From an uncultured Lachnospiraceae bacterium (GTDB lineage Bacteria; Bacillota; Clostridia; Lachnospirales; Lachnospiraceae), in the NCBI GenBank assembly GCA_964449325.1, contig CAYUYJ010000013.1, forward strand, positions 9,006 to 73,005: a stretch of 64,000 nt of DNA, read 5' to 3'. Shown one piece after another: positions 11,109-20,830 of this stretch (its first letter is position 1; every line of letters begins with the position of its first letter). The notes beneath the pieces were generated by a model. It was not told where the DNA came from, made no database searches, and saw only the letters and a program-made list of their open reading frames with translations. The position numbers and the translations under genes are program-made.

Positions 11109-11132
11109 AAGCAGCGATATAAATCGCTGCTT
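11109..11132 (-). other. perfect 10-bp hairpin between SCIFF precursor and maturase genes
   Basis: AAGCAGCGAT-ATAA-ATCGCTGCTT lies in the 60-nt spacer between the two genes. It is a candidate attenuator or processing/stability element that sets the precursor:enzyme ratio. Confidence 0.5.
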
Positions 11133-11164
11133 ACATAAATTCTGCATTTTCCAACCTGTTTTGC

Positions 11165-11308
11165 TTATTTTACCTTTTCACAGCTCTGGTTACCAACAGT
11201 ACAGGATGTTTTACAAGCTGACTGGCAGGATGTCTGGCACTCACCGCAGCCGCCTTTTTTCATGGATTCTTTTAAATCTCTTGTGTTTAATGTTTTAATA
11301 TGTTTCAT
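11165..11308 (-). CDS. scfA: six-cysteine ranthipeptide precursor SCIFF
   Basis: Hand translation gives MKHIKTLNTRDLKESMKKGGCGECQTSCQSACKTSCTVGNQSCEKVK (47 aa, six Cys). A GGAGG SD lies 7 nt upstream. The ORF is below the ORF-track length cutoff. Confidence 0.9.
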   Translation of the reverse strand: MKHIKTLNTRDLKESMKKGGCGECQTSCQSACKTSCTVGNQSCEKVK

Positions 11309-11450
11309 CAGATTGCCTCCTTATGCATCCGTTTCCAATCTCTTTTTGAAAACCGTCGCTTAATAATCTACTGTAGTATAGCATAGTTTCCTTGCAAGGT
11401 AAAGCATTTTTTCGCTAACTCCGCACTAACTCCGCATGCTTACGCATCCC

Positions 11451-11804
11451 TTAACTCAGCATACCGCCTAACATGCCGCTTCCTGCACAAATCAGAAAGG
11501 TTGTCAGACCTTTTCCGAAAATAACCTGAAAATCCTGCTTTATCAGAAGCGAAACGACAAGCAATACAACAAAATAAAGCACCCCGATAAGCAGCCCCCA
11601 GAGGAACTGTCTTTTTACTTCCGTCTTTCCTGCAATGAAACCGGCAACAAAACAGCTTACGGCATAAATAATCATAATGCCGATTTTTACCGTACCCTCC
11701 CGCAGTTGCATCTTATATAAAGCAAAAGAAAGTATGACCAGCATCACCGCTGTGATTATGTATGCAAAAGAAAGCTTTTTTAAAATGGAAAGCGTTTTTT
11801 CCAA
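11451..11804 (-). CDS. small integral membrane protein (four predicted TM segments)
   Basis: 117-aa hydrophobic ORF upstream of the SCIFF pair. It is possibly the TIGR04086-type membrane protein often annotated beside SCIFF loci. That family assignment is from memory and not verified. Confidence 0.6.
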   Translation of the reverse strand: MEKTLSILKKLSFAYIITAVMLVILSFALYKMQLREGTVKIGIMIIYAVSCFVAGFIAGKTEVKRQFLWGLLIGVLYFVVLLVVSLLIKQDFQVIFGKGLTTFLICAGSGMLGGMLS

Positions 11805-11925
11805 TTCATTTCCCTTTCATTTTATTTTCTATATATATATTCTTTATAGATTGATAACTTGACAATCATTTATACATATTATAAGATTTCGTTAAAACTA
11901 CATAAGAATAGGAGTTGGTTAAATT

Positions 11926-13239
11926 TTGGATACCTCCGGTGTCATACAATTGATTTCACTGTTTGTTTTGTTAGTGCTCTCCGGCTTTTTTTCATCTGCC
12001 GAAACTGCATTTACAACCGTGAACCGGGTCCGCATACGTACTCTTGTAGAGGAAGGGAGTAAACGGGCGGTGACCACGCAGAAGATTCTGGATAACTACA
12101 GCAAAATGCTGAGTACCATCCTCATTGGCAACAACATTGTAAACCTGACTGCATCTTCTCTTGCAACTACTCTTGCAATCAAAATCTGGGGCAGCTTTGC
12201 AGTTGGTATTGCAACCGGAATATTGACCATTCTGGTGTTGCTTTTCGGAGAAATCGTTCCGAAAAACCTCGCCATGCTTTATTCCGAAAAAATTTCGCTT
12301 ATGTACTCCGGCATCATTTATTCTCTGATGCTTTTGTTCACTCCCGTTATCTTTATTGTGGACGGGCTTTCAAACGGTATTATGAAGCTGCTTCATATTG
12401 ACCCGAACAAGAAAATGTCACTGATGACAGAAAGCGAATTAAAAACCTATGTGGATGTCAGCCATGAAGACGGTGTTATCGAATCGGAAGAACGTGAAAT
12501 CATTTACAACGTGTTTGATTTTTCCGATGCTGTTGCAAAGGATATTATGATTCCTCGAATTGATATGGTAACTGCTGATTTAGAAACAAGCTACAAGGAT
12601 TTGTTATCTGTTTTCCGTGAATCCATGTATACTCGGATTCCGGTTTATGAAGGTGATAAAGATAATATTATCGGTCTTGTCAATATTAAGGATTTCTTTT
12701 TAGTGGAAGACGAAGCACATTTTCATATTAAGGACATCCTTCGGGACGCCTATTATACTTATGAATTTAAGAAAACAGCGGACTTAATGATGGAAATGCG
12801 TGACCGGACAAACAACGTTGCATTCGTATTAAACGAATACGGCTCCACGGTAGGTATGATAACTTTAGAAGATTTGCTGGAAGAAATCGTCGGGGAAATC
12901 CGGGATGAATATGACGAGGACGAAGAAGAATTCATCCAAAAAATTGATGACAACACATATCTTGTGGAAGGCGGCATGAAGCTTGATGATATCAACGATG
13001 CTTTAGATACCGCTCTGGATTCCGAAGATTACGATTCCCTTGGCGGTTTAATGATAGAAAAACTGGACAGGCTGCCGGAAGAAGGCGAAGAAATTCTTTT
13101 AGATTCCGGTATCAGTCTGAAGGCACAGGGCATTGTGCACAATCGCATTACAAAGGTATTAATGTCAATTCCCGAAAAAGTGCCTGATGAAGCAGATGCT
13201 TCTGCTCCTGAAAATGAATCGGAAACAGCCGATGTATGA
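11926..13239 (+). CDS. CNNM/DUF21-CBS-CorC_HlyC family protein (hemolysin-family, putative divalent-cation efflux)
   Basis: 437-aa ORF with an N-terminal four-TM DUF21-like block containing FFSSAETAF, a CBS pair, and an acidic CorC/HlyC-type C-terminal domain. The start is an apparent TTG. Confidence 0.85.
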   Translation: MDTSGVIQLISLFVLLVLSGFFSSAETAFTTVNRVRIRTLVEEGSKRAVTTQKILDNYSKMLSTILIGNNIVNLTASSLATTLAIKIWGSFAVGIATGILTILVLLFGEIVPKNLAMLYSEKISLMYSGIIYSLMLLFTPVIFIVDGLSNGIMKLLHIDPNKKMSLMTESELKTYVDVSHEDGVIESEEREIIYNVFDFSDAVAKDIMIPRIDMVTADLETSYKDLLSVFRESMYTRIPVYEGDKDNIIGLVNIKDFFLVEDEAHFHIKDILRDAYYTYEFKKTADLMMEMRDRTNNVAFVLNEYGSTVGMITLEDLLEEIVGEIRDEYDEDEEEFIQKIDDNTYLVEGGMKLDDINDALDTALDSEDYDSLGGLMIEKLDRLPEEGEEILLDSGISLKAQGIVHNRITKVLMSIPEKVPDEADASAPENESETADV

Positions 13240-13298
13240 TTTCTCAATACATCGGCTGTTTTATGTTTTCACTTTTTATTCTGCATTTCCAATTCAAA

Positions 13299-15767
13299 TC
13301 AACGATTTTCATTCACATAGATTCTCGCACGGCTCTGTATGATATCCGCTACCTCTTTGGCACTCTTCTGTCCCGCAAAGAACCCTTCGGCTTCTTCCAT
13401 AATGATATTCAACAAATCCTCATCGTATGTTACGGTCTGGTCTATGGAGAATATAAAATCTTCTACCTTCTGCACTTCCGCTTCTGTCATCGGCGGAATA
13501 ATCACCTCTAAGCCATTCACGTAATATGTATCATCATATTCTACCTTATTATTATTTTCATCCAGATAATAAGGCTTCTGCATTGCTTCCTTCTTCAGTT
13601 CCTCGTAGCGTTCCAGATTGGTCGGGAATCCCCAGGTTTCTTTCTGGTACTCATAAGTTAAAAAGTATCTTAAAAATTCCCATGCTCCGTCTTTATATGC
13701 CGATTTAGCAGACATGGCAAAGCTGGTATTGTAATCAAAAGCCGAGCCTTTTTTATTGTCTGACGGAAATCCAATCAAAGTAATCGGTTCTCCGAAAGTT
13801 CCCTTCTCTAATCGGTTGTATTGCGCAAAATCGGACAAATAGCTGATAGACAACAATGCTTTCCCATCCCGGTAAAGATTATCATAACCTTCCCAATAAG
13901 ACTCATCCTGAAATTTTACATCATCCCAACTCTCCGGAAACGGTTTGACAAACTCCAACAGTTTCACAAAACCTTCCGAATTAAAATTGCACTCTCCTGT
14001 TTCCCAATTAATAAACTGCTCACTGGACATCTGCATCCAGTTAGCCATAATGGAACTGCGGATACTGTCATAAAAAACTTCCGTTCCTTCCGGTTTGGAC
14101 TGAACCAGAGCGTTTAATTCATCCAAAGTCCATCCGCTTCCTGTGCCTACGTCAGCAGTCTTTCCTGCCACTGTAATTACCGAGAACGTAGGAACCAGCT
14201 TATACAGCTTTCCGTCTGTACTGAACGCATCCATTACATTGGTTAAAAGCTTGCTTCTGTTCAATTCTTCGTCCGCATCAATATAGGGATATAAGTCTTC
14301 AAACAGCCCTTTTGCAATATAACTTTCCACCGGCAGGGAAGAATTCAGTTGCAGAATGTCCGGTACATTGCCGGATACAATATCCGTATTCAGTTTTGTA
14401 TATGCCTGTGTGTAATCATCTTCCGTATTATAGACAGAATAGTCTTTAATCTGGATTCGATAATTTTCATTGCTCTTATTAAATTCCACAACATGCTTTC
14501 TTACATTATAATCAATGTAATTGCAGGCAAGTGTCAGAAGCTTTTTATCTTTTATCTCCTTCGGATCAACCTTGGTAAATAATCCGTAATTGACTGTTCC
14601 GTCAGTATAGGAATAATAACTTGCATAAAACTGCGTATTACTGATTCCGAAAATATTATACAGGCTATCCGAATCCAAATCGGAATCCACAAAGTTCATT
14701 AACTCTGTTACCGCCTCATCCCCCAGATTATAACCATAGAGGGAAGACATATTCGTTAAAAACAAATCATAACCATACCCCGGATAGAACGAGTAATTAT
14801 AGGAATTTCCCGGAATCTTATACTCCTCAGAAAGTTCTCCCGTCAGGGTATCCAGTTCTTTAATGTACTGCCCTTTTTCGCCCCAAAAGCTTATCATCAC
14901 CTTGCCGCTGTCGGAAACCATTACATTTCCGGAATTCTCTTCGTCCAGCTTAAACTCCTTTACAAGCTCACTGTCCTTAGAGTATACCAGCACCTTTTTG
15001 TTATCAAGGAACAAAAGAATCTGTCCCTGTTTATCACAAACAAGAGAGTTTACATAAAGGCTCTGCTCTTCTTCGGCAAATTCATCCAAAGAAACACTCC
15101 ACACATCCGTTCCGTCCGGATTCTTTTTCACCAGATTCCGATGTTCTTCCCAAATATAATTGTCCGGGTCACTACTGTCTTCAAAATAGTTTTCCGAAAT
15201 ACAATAGATGGCCTCTTCTCCTACTGCCGGTTCACACTGACCAATCCACGTATTCGCTTCCAATTCGGTCTCGTTATAGGAAAGCCGATTTCCTTCATAA
15301 TCATAAACAGCAAAGAAAAGCTTCTGAATCTCTGCCGGATACTCTTCCATCACACCGAAATCCTCATCAACTGCTACCGGTTCAACCGAACTCAATGCTT
15401 TTTCCATATCCTCCTGTGCAGTCTCTTCCGATGCGGTTTCTGCTTCAGTCGTCCCCTCTCTTGGCTGAATCGGTGTAACTTCCGTCTGCTCTGTCTGGCT
15501 TTCTCCTTCCGTATCGGCTTCGTTATCTTCAACAGTTTCCCATTTGTAGCCCATCGCTACCATCCGGTTTTCAAAAAAGAATACTTCATTTACGGAATTC
15601 ATATCCAAATCTTTTAGTTCCAAAGTTTCCATTTTGTAGACATGTTCCTTGGAAGCTGCCGTGTTCGTTGAAGTTTGAACGGTTTCCTCCTTTTTACCGC
15701 ATCCTCCAAGCACTGTAGACAGTACCAGCAATCCACTGATAAAAACTGCTAATTTTCTCTTTTTCAT
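13299..15767 (-). CDS. giant extracellular solute-binding lipoprotein (paralog 2)
   Basis: 822-aa ORF with lipobox LGGC. The C-terminal ~450 aa is SBP-like and ends ...AKEVADIIQSRARIYVNENR, near-identical to the end of the 20831-23056 protein. The N-terminal ~350 aa is an extra acidic, repeat-like domain. Confidence 0.8.
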   Translation of the reverse strand: MKKRKLAVFISGLLVLSTVLGGCGKKEETVQTSTNTAASKEHVYKMETLELKDLDMNSVNEVFFFENRMVAMGYKWETVEDNEADTEGESQTEQTEVTPIQPREGTTEAETASEETAQEDMEKALSSVEPVAVDEDFGVMEEYPAEIQKLFFAVYDYEGNRLSYNETELEANTWIGQCEPAVGEEAIYCISENYFEDSSDPDNYIWEEHRNLVKKNPDGTDVWSVSLDEFAEEEQSLYVNSLVCDKQGQILLFLDNKKVLVYSKDSELVKEFKLDEENSGNVMVSDSGKVMISFWGEKGQYIKELDTLTGELSEEYKIPGNSYNYSFYPGYGYDLFLTNMSSLYGYNLGDEAVTELMNFVDSDLDSDSLYNIFGISNTQFYASYYSYTDGTVNYGLFTKVDPKEIKDKKLLTLACNYIDYNVRKHVVEFNKSNENYRIQIKDYSVYNTEDDYTQAYTKLNTDIVSGNVPDILQLNSSLPVESYIAKGLFEDLYPYIDADEELNRSKLLTNVMDAFSTDGKLYKLVPTFSVITVAGKTADVGTGSGWTLDELNALVQSKPEGTEVFYDSIRSSIMANWMQMSSEQFINWETGECNFNSEGFVKLLEFVKPFPESWDDVKFQDESYWEGYDNLYRDGKALLSISYLSDFAQYNRLEKGTFGEPITLIGFPSDNKKGSAFDYNTSFAMSAKSAYKDGAWEFLRYFLTYEYQKETWGFPTNLERYEELKKEAMQKPYYLDENNNKVEYDDTYYVNGLEVIIPPMTEAEVQKVEDFIFSIDQTVTYDEDLLNIIMEEAEGFFAGQKSAKEVADIIQSRARIYVNENR

Positions 15768-15788
15768 CTTCTCCCTCCGTTCTTGTAC

Positions 15789-16907
15789 TTAATTCAAATC
15801 TGCTTCCTGTTCGGTTTTCTTTTTGTACTTCCTCACTCCTTTTCCGATACCCTTTATTCCTTTCCCCAGCACTCCAAAAAACTTTTTCAAAAGTTCCGGA
15901 ATATCTTTCCGGTTCCATGTACGTCTTTTCCAAAGTTTTACAAGTAATATTGCCACCAAAACAACCGGAATCAATAAAAGGAGAACTTGAAACAACAGCA
16001 CCAATGCAAGGATATCCTCCCATCCTCTTGCCACATTTTCCCAGTACGGATAAATAATTGCTTTTTGGCTCATGGAGCGACTGCCAAAACCAAGAAAAAC
16101 CTTGCCTAAAGAAAGAACGGAAAAGCGGGCGGAATTCTCCACACACTCCATCGTGTCTTCTGATATCCCGATATTTTCCTTTACTTTTTTTAGTGCATAC
16201 CCGGTAATCGGATTAGGCATTACGATTTCATAACAGCTTATGCCCTGACTCTTCCCATAATTCTCCAAAGTATGCAAGGATACATAGACAGTTGTAGTAT
16301 TATTTCCTGCTGCATCATTTAAGTGTCCTTCTGCTCTTTCAATTACACCCGATACAATATGCGGTACTCCGCCGATACTTACCTGCATTCCTGCCACATC
16401 ATTAGAGCCGAACAGCTGCCATGCCGTGTCTTCATCAATCACTACATAATCCTGCATCAAGGCATCCCCGGAAAACAAACTGCCGTTTAACAGCTTTAAG
16501 GGGTGAAAAAGGAAAAAATCCCCCTCCACACCGAATGCCTTTGCTTCTACTGTTTTCTTTCCGTTTGCCAGTGTAATTTTCCCCGTCGCACTGTAGGCAT
16601 CTGCCCACATTCTCGCCCCTTCATTTACACTGGCACCGGTTATGGATTCTTCTTTTAAAACAGAATTCAGCTTGGCTTCAAATCCTTTAATGGTATCTCT
16701 TGTTACCTCTGTGCCCTGCGAAAAGAAACAACTGATTTGTGCGGATTCGCTCACATTGGACCATCGCTTTGCCATCTGCTGCTCCTGTAATCCATTTGTC
16801 ACAACCTTGCAAAAGCAACAAAGTATCAGAAAAAACAGTAAGGAAACTGCCCCTGTAATGCAGCAGATTATCTGTCGTAATGTTAAGTTTTTTGTTCCGT
16901 TTTTCAC
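15789..16907 (-). CDS. MacB-like periplasmic-core-domain membrane protein lacking the FtsX 4-TM module
   Basis: 372-aa ORF. One N-terminal TM is followed by an extracytoplasmic domain with MacB_PCD-like stretches (FGVEGDFFLFHPLKLLNGSLF, DYVVIDEDTAWQLFG), a single C-terminal TM and a Lys-rich tail. Confidence 0.6.
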   Translation of the reverse strand: MKNGTKNLTLRQIICCITGAVSLLFFLILCCFCKVVTNGLQEQQMAKRWSNVSESAQISCFFSQGTEVTRDTIKGFEAKLNSVLKEESITGASVNEGARMWADAYSATGKITLANGKKTVEAKAFGVEGDFFLFHPLKLLNGSLFSGDALMQDYVVIDEDTAWQLFGSNDVAGMQVSIGGVPHIVSGVIERAEGHLNDAAGNNTTTVYVSLHTLENYGKSQGISCYEIVMPNPITGYALKKVKENIGISEDTMECVENSARFSVLSLGKVFLGFGSRSMSQKAIIYPYWENVARGWEDILALVLLFQVLLLLIPVVLVAILLVKLWKRRTWNRKDIPELLKKFFGVLGKGIKGIGKGVRKYKKKTEQEADLN

Positions 16908-16931
16908 AAAAAACGCCTCCTGCCTGTTTCC

Positions 16932-18884
16932 TTAATTATCTGTCAAACGCACCTGTTTTCCTGCCTCTACCGGTTTGGTTGCGGTTGTTATTACATATTC
17001 ATAACCATATAAGGCTCCCGAGACTGCCGTCTGTGTATCATCCGAAGCCAATACCTGTACATCAATTCTCGTGGCAATGTAACGATTACCGAGAGGGCTG
17101 CTTTTTGACTCTACTATCAGAATAAATTTGCCGTTATTATCTTCACGAATAGCACTATTGGGAACAATCAGTTCATAGTTCGCACTCTTTTGCCCTACGG
17201 AAAGACTGACAGACTGTCCTGCCGTTACCTCTTCTCCTGTCACATTAAATACAAGCAGCTTGTTTTGGGACGGATTTGCCGGGTCCGGCTTAATGGCTGA
17301 TAAGGTTACTGTCAAATCATTATAATACCAAGAGTTTTGCAACTCTGCAACATCTCCCACACTGACCTTCTTCGCCTGCTCATTTGTAACGGAAAAGCTT
17401 GTTGTAAAACCTTTTCCTGCCACCTGAATAACCGCTGCATTTTCGCCCGGCTTTGTGGTTTCTCCGGAAGCATAGCTTACAGACATAATCTTACCGGAAA
17501 CCGGAGCCGTAATGACCGGATTAGCCGTTTCTTCTTCTATCTTAGCAATTTCTTCCTTCTTTTCCTTTACTTTTTCACGAGCTCTGGCAATTTCATCACT
17601 CTGGAATCCCAGATTCAATTCACCTGCCACATCCGCAAGTATCTGGGTCTGTTCTTCCTGTGCCTGAGCAATCTGTGCATCTATGCTTGTAATAGCTGCG
17701 GTAAGCTGTGCTTTCTGGTCTGCAAGGCTCTTCTGTTGCTCGGCAACGTCTGTGGAAGTAGAGCCGGCGTTTAGATTGGCAATGGTCTGGTTACAGTTTG
17801 CGACCTGCTGTTCGGCAGATGCTTTCGCTGACTGGGCATTCGCAAGTTCCTGCTGTTTTCCGGCAAAGCTTACTGCTACGGACTTGGCAGAATTGTAAGC
17901 TGCTACTGCCGTCTCATATTCAGCCTGTTTTGCCTTGATTATTGCCTCCCATGTAATTCCTTGGTCTTTATAGTCCGTCAACCAAGCCTTCATTGTATCA
18001 CCTGTAAAAATACCATCATTGCCTATATGCGTATCATCATCAATATCATATATTTTATTATCATTATGATCCCATCCAGATGAATTTGCATGCGCCCTAA
18101 TTGTATTCACAATTTGTTCTCTTGCCTGCATATCCGCTTCAGCAGCTGCCATTTGCTGTTTTGCCATTTCTTGAGATGTCACCGTTCCAAACCATGCCGT
18201 CAAAGATTCTATCTGCGCTTTCGCCGTATCCAACTGCGCCTGCGCCACGTTCAACTGCTTTGTTGCTTCATTTACTTTTGCTTCCTTTTCTGCCGCATTA
18301 TACGTTGTAGAATTGGCAAGCAGGCTTTCCTGACTTGTAATATTGGCAACACTTGCCTCATACCCTGCCTTTGTGCTTTGCAGATTTGCCAGTTTATCCT
18401 TTGCCGCCTGTACCTTTGCCTGTGCCGTTGCAAGAGAATCCGTATTTCCGCTCTGCACTCCTGCAATAGTACCTGCTGACAATGTTCCGTCCAAAATCTT
18501 CGTTTCATAAGTAAGAATCGCATTATCCAAAGCTGTTTCCAAAGTAACCAATTCTGCCCTTGCTGCTTTTAATTCTTCACTTTCTTTCTGCTCCAATACA
18601 AAAATCGTGTCACCCTTTTCCACATCATCCCCGGTTTTTACGGCAACGCTTTCGATGACACGGGTGTCATTGATAATTAAGTTGTAAGGGTCACTTGCTT
18701 CAATGGTACCGGTCCCACGTACCTTTGCCGTTATGCTGCCGCTTTGTACATACTGGGTTGCCACCTCCGGCAGGGAATAATTCATAATTGTATTGGAAAA
18801 AAAGGTCAGTACCAGCATCACTGTCAAAAAGATAATCAATGCGTTCTTAACCCAATCCCGCCTTTTTGTTGACTTCTCGTTCAT
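16932..18884 (-). CDS. HlyD/membrane-fusion-family periplasmic adaptor with very long coiled coil
   Basis: 650-aa ORF. It has an N-terminal TM, a lipoyl-like hairpin (GDDVEKGDTIFVLE ... VTAPVSGKIMSV), ~350 aa of Ala/Gln-rich coiled coil, and a C-terminal beta-barrel region. Confidence 0.8.
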   Translation of the reverse strand: MNEKSTKRRDWVKNALIIFLTVMLVLTFFSNTIMNYSLPEVATQYVQSGSITAKVRGTGTIEASDPYNLIINDTRVIESVAVKTGDDVEKGDTIFVLEQKESEELKAARAELVTLETALDNAILTYETKILDGTLSAGTIAGVQSGNTDSLATAQAKVQAAKDKLANLQSTKAGYEASVANITSQESLLANSTTYNAAEKEAKVNEATKQLNVAQAQLDTAKAQIESLTAWFGTVTSQEMAKQQMAAAEADMQAREQIVNTIRAHANSSGWDHNDNKIYDIDDDTHIGNDGIFTGDTMKAWLTDYKDQGITWEAIIKAKQAEYETAVAAYNSAKSVAVSFAGKQQELANAQSAKASAEQQVANCNQTIANLNAGSTSTDVAEQQKSLADQKAQLTAAITSIDAQIAQAQEEQTQILADVAGELNLGFQSDEIARAREKVKEKKEEIAKIEEETANPVITAPVSGKIMSVSYASGETTKPGENAAVIQVAGKGFTTSFSVTNEQAKKVSVGDVAELQNSWYYNDLTVTLSAIKPDPANPSQNKLLVFNVTGEEVTAGQSVSLSVGQKSANYELIVPNSAIREDNNGKFILIVESKSSPLGNRYIATRIDVQVLASDDTQTAVSGALYGYEYVITTATKPVEAGKQVRLTDN

Positions 18885-18910
18885 TTCTTTCTTCCTCCAC
18901 TATCTGCTCA

Positions 18911-19873
18911 TTAGCCTTTGATACCGCCCTGATAGGTTATACCCTCTACCAGATAATCTTCACCATAGAGGAACACCAAAAGGCTTGGCACCATATATAT
19001 TGTTGCAACGGCGAAAGCAAGTCCGATTTCACCGGCATTTATTTTCGATAAAAATACGGATAAGGGATGCATTTCTGCATCGGATAATAAAATCAGCGGC
19101 TGCTCTACCATATTCCAATAATCAATAAAAATTAAAATTGCAACGGAACAGATAGCGCCTTTACAAAGCGGCATACAAATCTGCCTGAACACCTGCCATT
19201 CTCCGGCACCGTCTATCTTCGCCGCTTCGATAACCGATACGGGAATACGACGCATGAATTTTGTAAGCAGATATACCGCAAACGGAGAAAAAATACCCGG
19301 CAGCCAGATTGCCCACCTTGTATCGACCAGATGCAACCAGTTTGATACAAGATAATTCGGCACCAGCGTAACCTGATAAGGCATCAGTGTCAAAATAATA
19401 TAACTAAAAAAAATGATTTCCTTTATTCTTCCGCGAAATCTGGTAAAACTGTATGCTGCCAGTGAAGCGGTTCCCAACTGAAACACTACAATCGGCACAA
19501 CATAAATAACCGAATTCCAAAATTTTAATAAATATTCGGGACTTTTAAAAAGCACCGTAATGTACTGACTAAAGGATACCATATCCGGTATAAATTTCAA
19601 ATTTACTTTTTCCGAAATATAAACCTTTCCTCCCGTATCCGTCGTTGCAAATACGGTACCGTAATTGGATGAAATTTCCGATGCCGACATAAACGAATTG
19701 GTTATTGTCAAAATAATCGGCAAAAGAAAACATATTGCAAAAATTGCCGTTAAAACCGTCAGCACCGTAATACATACATCATGCTTCCATTTCCTTTTTC
19801 GGGAAAGCTTTTTCTTTTTCACAGTGGGCACAGCAAGTTGTGGTGCCTGTAGCGTTTTTTGTTTCCTGCTCAT
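18911..19873 (-). CDS. carbohydrate-type ABC transporter permease
   Basis: 320-aa six-TM ORF with the EAA loop EAAKIDGAGEWQVFRQICMPL. It overlaps the upstream permease gene by 4 nt. Confidence 0.88.
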   Translation of the reverse strand: MSRKQKTLQAPQLAVPTVKKKKLSRKRKWKHDVCITVLTVLTAIFAICFLLPIILTITNSFMSASEISSNYGTVFATTDTGGKVYISEKVNLKFIPDMVSFSQYITVLFKSPEYLLKFWNSVIYVVPIVVFQLGTASLAAYSFTRFRGRIKEIIFFSYIILTLMPYQVTLVPNYLVSNWLHLVDTRWAIWLPGIFSPFAVYLLTKFMRRIPVSVIEAAKIDGAGEWQVFRQICMPLCKGAICSVAILIFIDYWNMVEQPLILLSDAEMHPLSVFLSKINAGEIGLAFAVATIYMVPSLLVFLYGEDYLVEGITYQGGIKG

Positions 19874-20805
19874 CCTTCCACATCCTTTCCGAAATGATTC
19901 TCCGTCACAAACAGGATGCCAATGATAACAATCATAACGAGTGACATCACAATCGCTGCCGCAGATAATTTCTGGTAATCAAGATTACGGAAGGTATTAT
20001 TCATAAAATGCTGAAGCATGTATATGGAGTCAAAGGGGTAGTCTCCCGACAAGAGATAAATTTCCCGAAACACCTTAAAGGAATTAATCAGGGACAAAAT
20101 CGTAACGAACAATGTGGTGGAAGATAAATACCTGATTTTAATATGTATGAAAATCTGCCACCTTGAAGCACTTTCCAGTCTTGCTACTTCTATCAGGTCT
20201 TTCGGTATGCTTCCGATTGCCGCCATAAATAAAATCATATTATATCCCAGATTTTTCCAAAGAAACAACAGGATAACCACAACCTGTCCGTACCCGGATT
20301 TCAGCCAGTCTATCTTTTCCACGCCGAAATTAGCAAGAAAATCGTTTACTACACCATTATAGTGAAACAATACCTGCCAGATTAACACGATGGAAGCTAC
20401 CGGAACCATCATAGGACTTAAAAAGAAAGAACGGAACTGACTCCGAAAGGGAATTTTACAGTCCAATGCTGCTGCCAGTACCAAAGACAACACAACTGCA
20501 AGCGGCACCGCGACAGCGGAAAATTTCAATGTATTCAAAGCAGCAAGTCGAAAAGAAGAATTACCGAGCACATTTTTAAAATTGTCTAAAAAAACAAAAT
20601 TGTGACTGATTGGATTGTCCACCACCGCATAATAAATGACTACAAAAAAGGGCAGGATAAAAAAGAGTAAAACGCCAATTAGGCTTGGCGCTAAATATAG
20701 CGCCGAGCCTGCTCTTTCTTTCCATACTCTTTTTTTGTTCACATGACCTTTCTTTGGTCTGATTTTCTTTGCGGACACGTCATCCTTTTGCCTTATCTTC
20801 TTCAA
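19870..20805 (-). CDS. carbohydrate-type ABC transporter permease
   Basis: 311-aa six-TM ORF with the EAA-like loop EVARLESASRWQIFIHIKIRYL. Confidence 0.88.
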   Translation of the reverse strand: MKKIRQKDDVSAKKIRPKKGHVNKKRVWKERAGSALYLAPSLIGVLLFFILPFFVVIYYAVVDNPISHNFVFLDNFKNVLGNSSFRLAALNTLKFSAVAVPLAVVLSLVLAAALDCKIPFRSQFRSFFLSPMMVPVASIVLIWQVLFHYNGVVNDFLANFGVEKIDWLKSGYGQVVVILLFLWKNLGYNMILFMAAIGSIPKDLIEVARLESASRWQIFIHIKIRYLSSTTLFVTILSLINSFKVFREIYLLSGDYPFDSIYMLQHFMNNTFRNLDYQKLSAAAIVMSLVMIVIIGILFVTENHFGKDVEG

Positions 20806-20830
20806 GCAAATCCTCTTTTCCGTTTTTTAT

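Noticed and set aside
15694-16146. 150-aa minus-strand ORF overlapping the end of the MacB-PCD gene and the start of the SBP gene.
   Set aside because: It is an out-of-frame overlap with two better ORFs, with no SD and an arbitrary composition.
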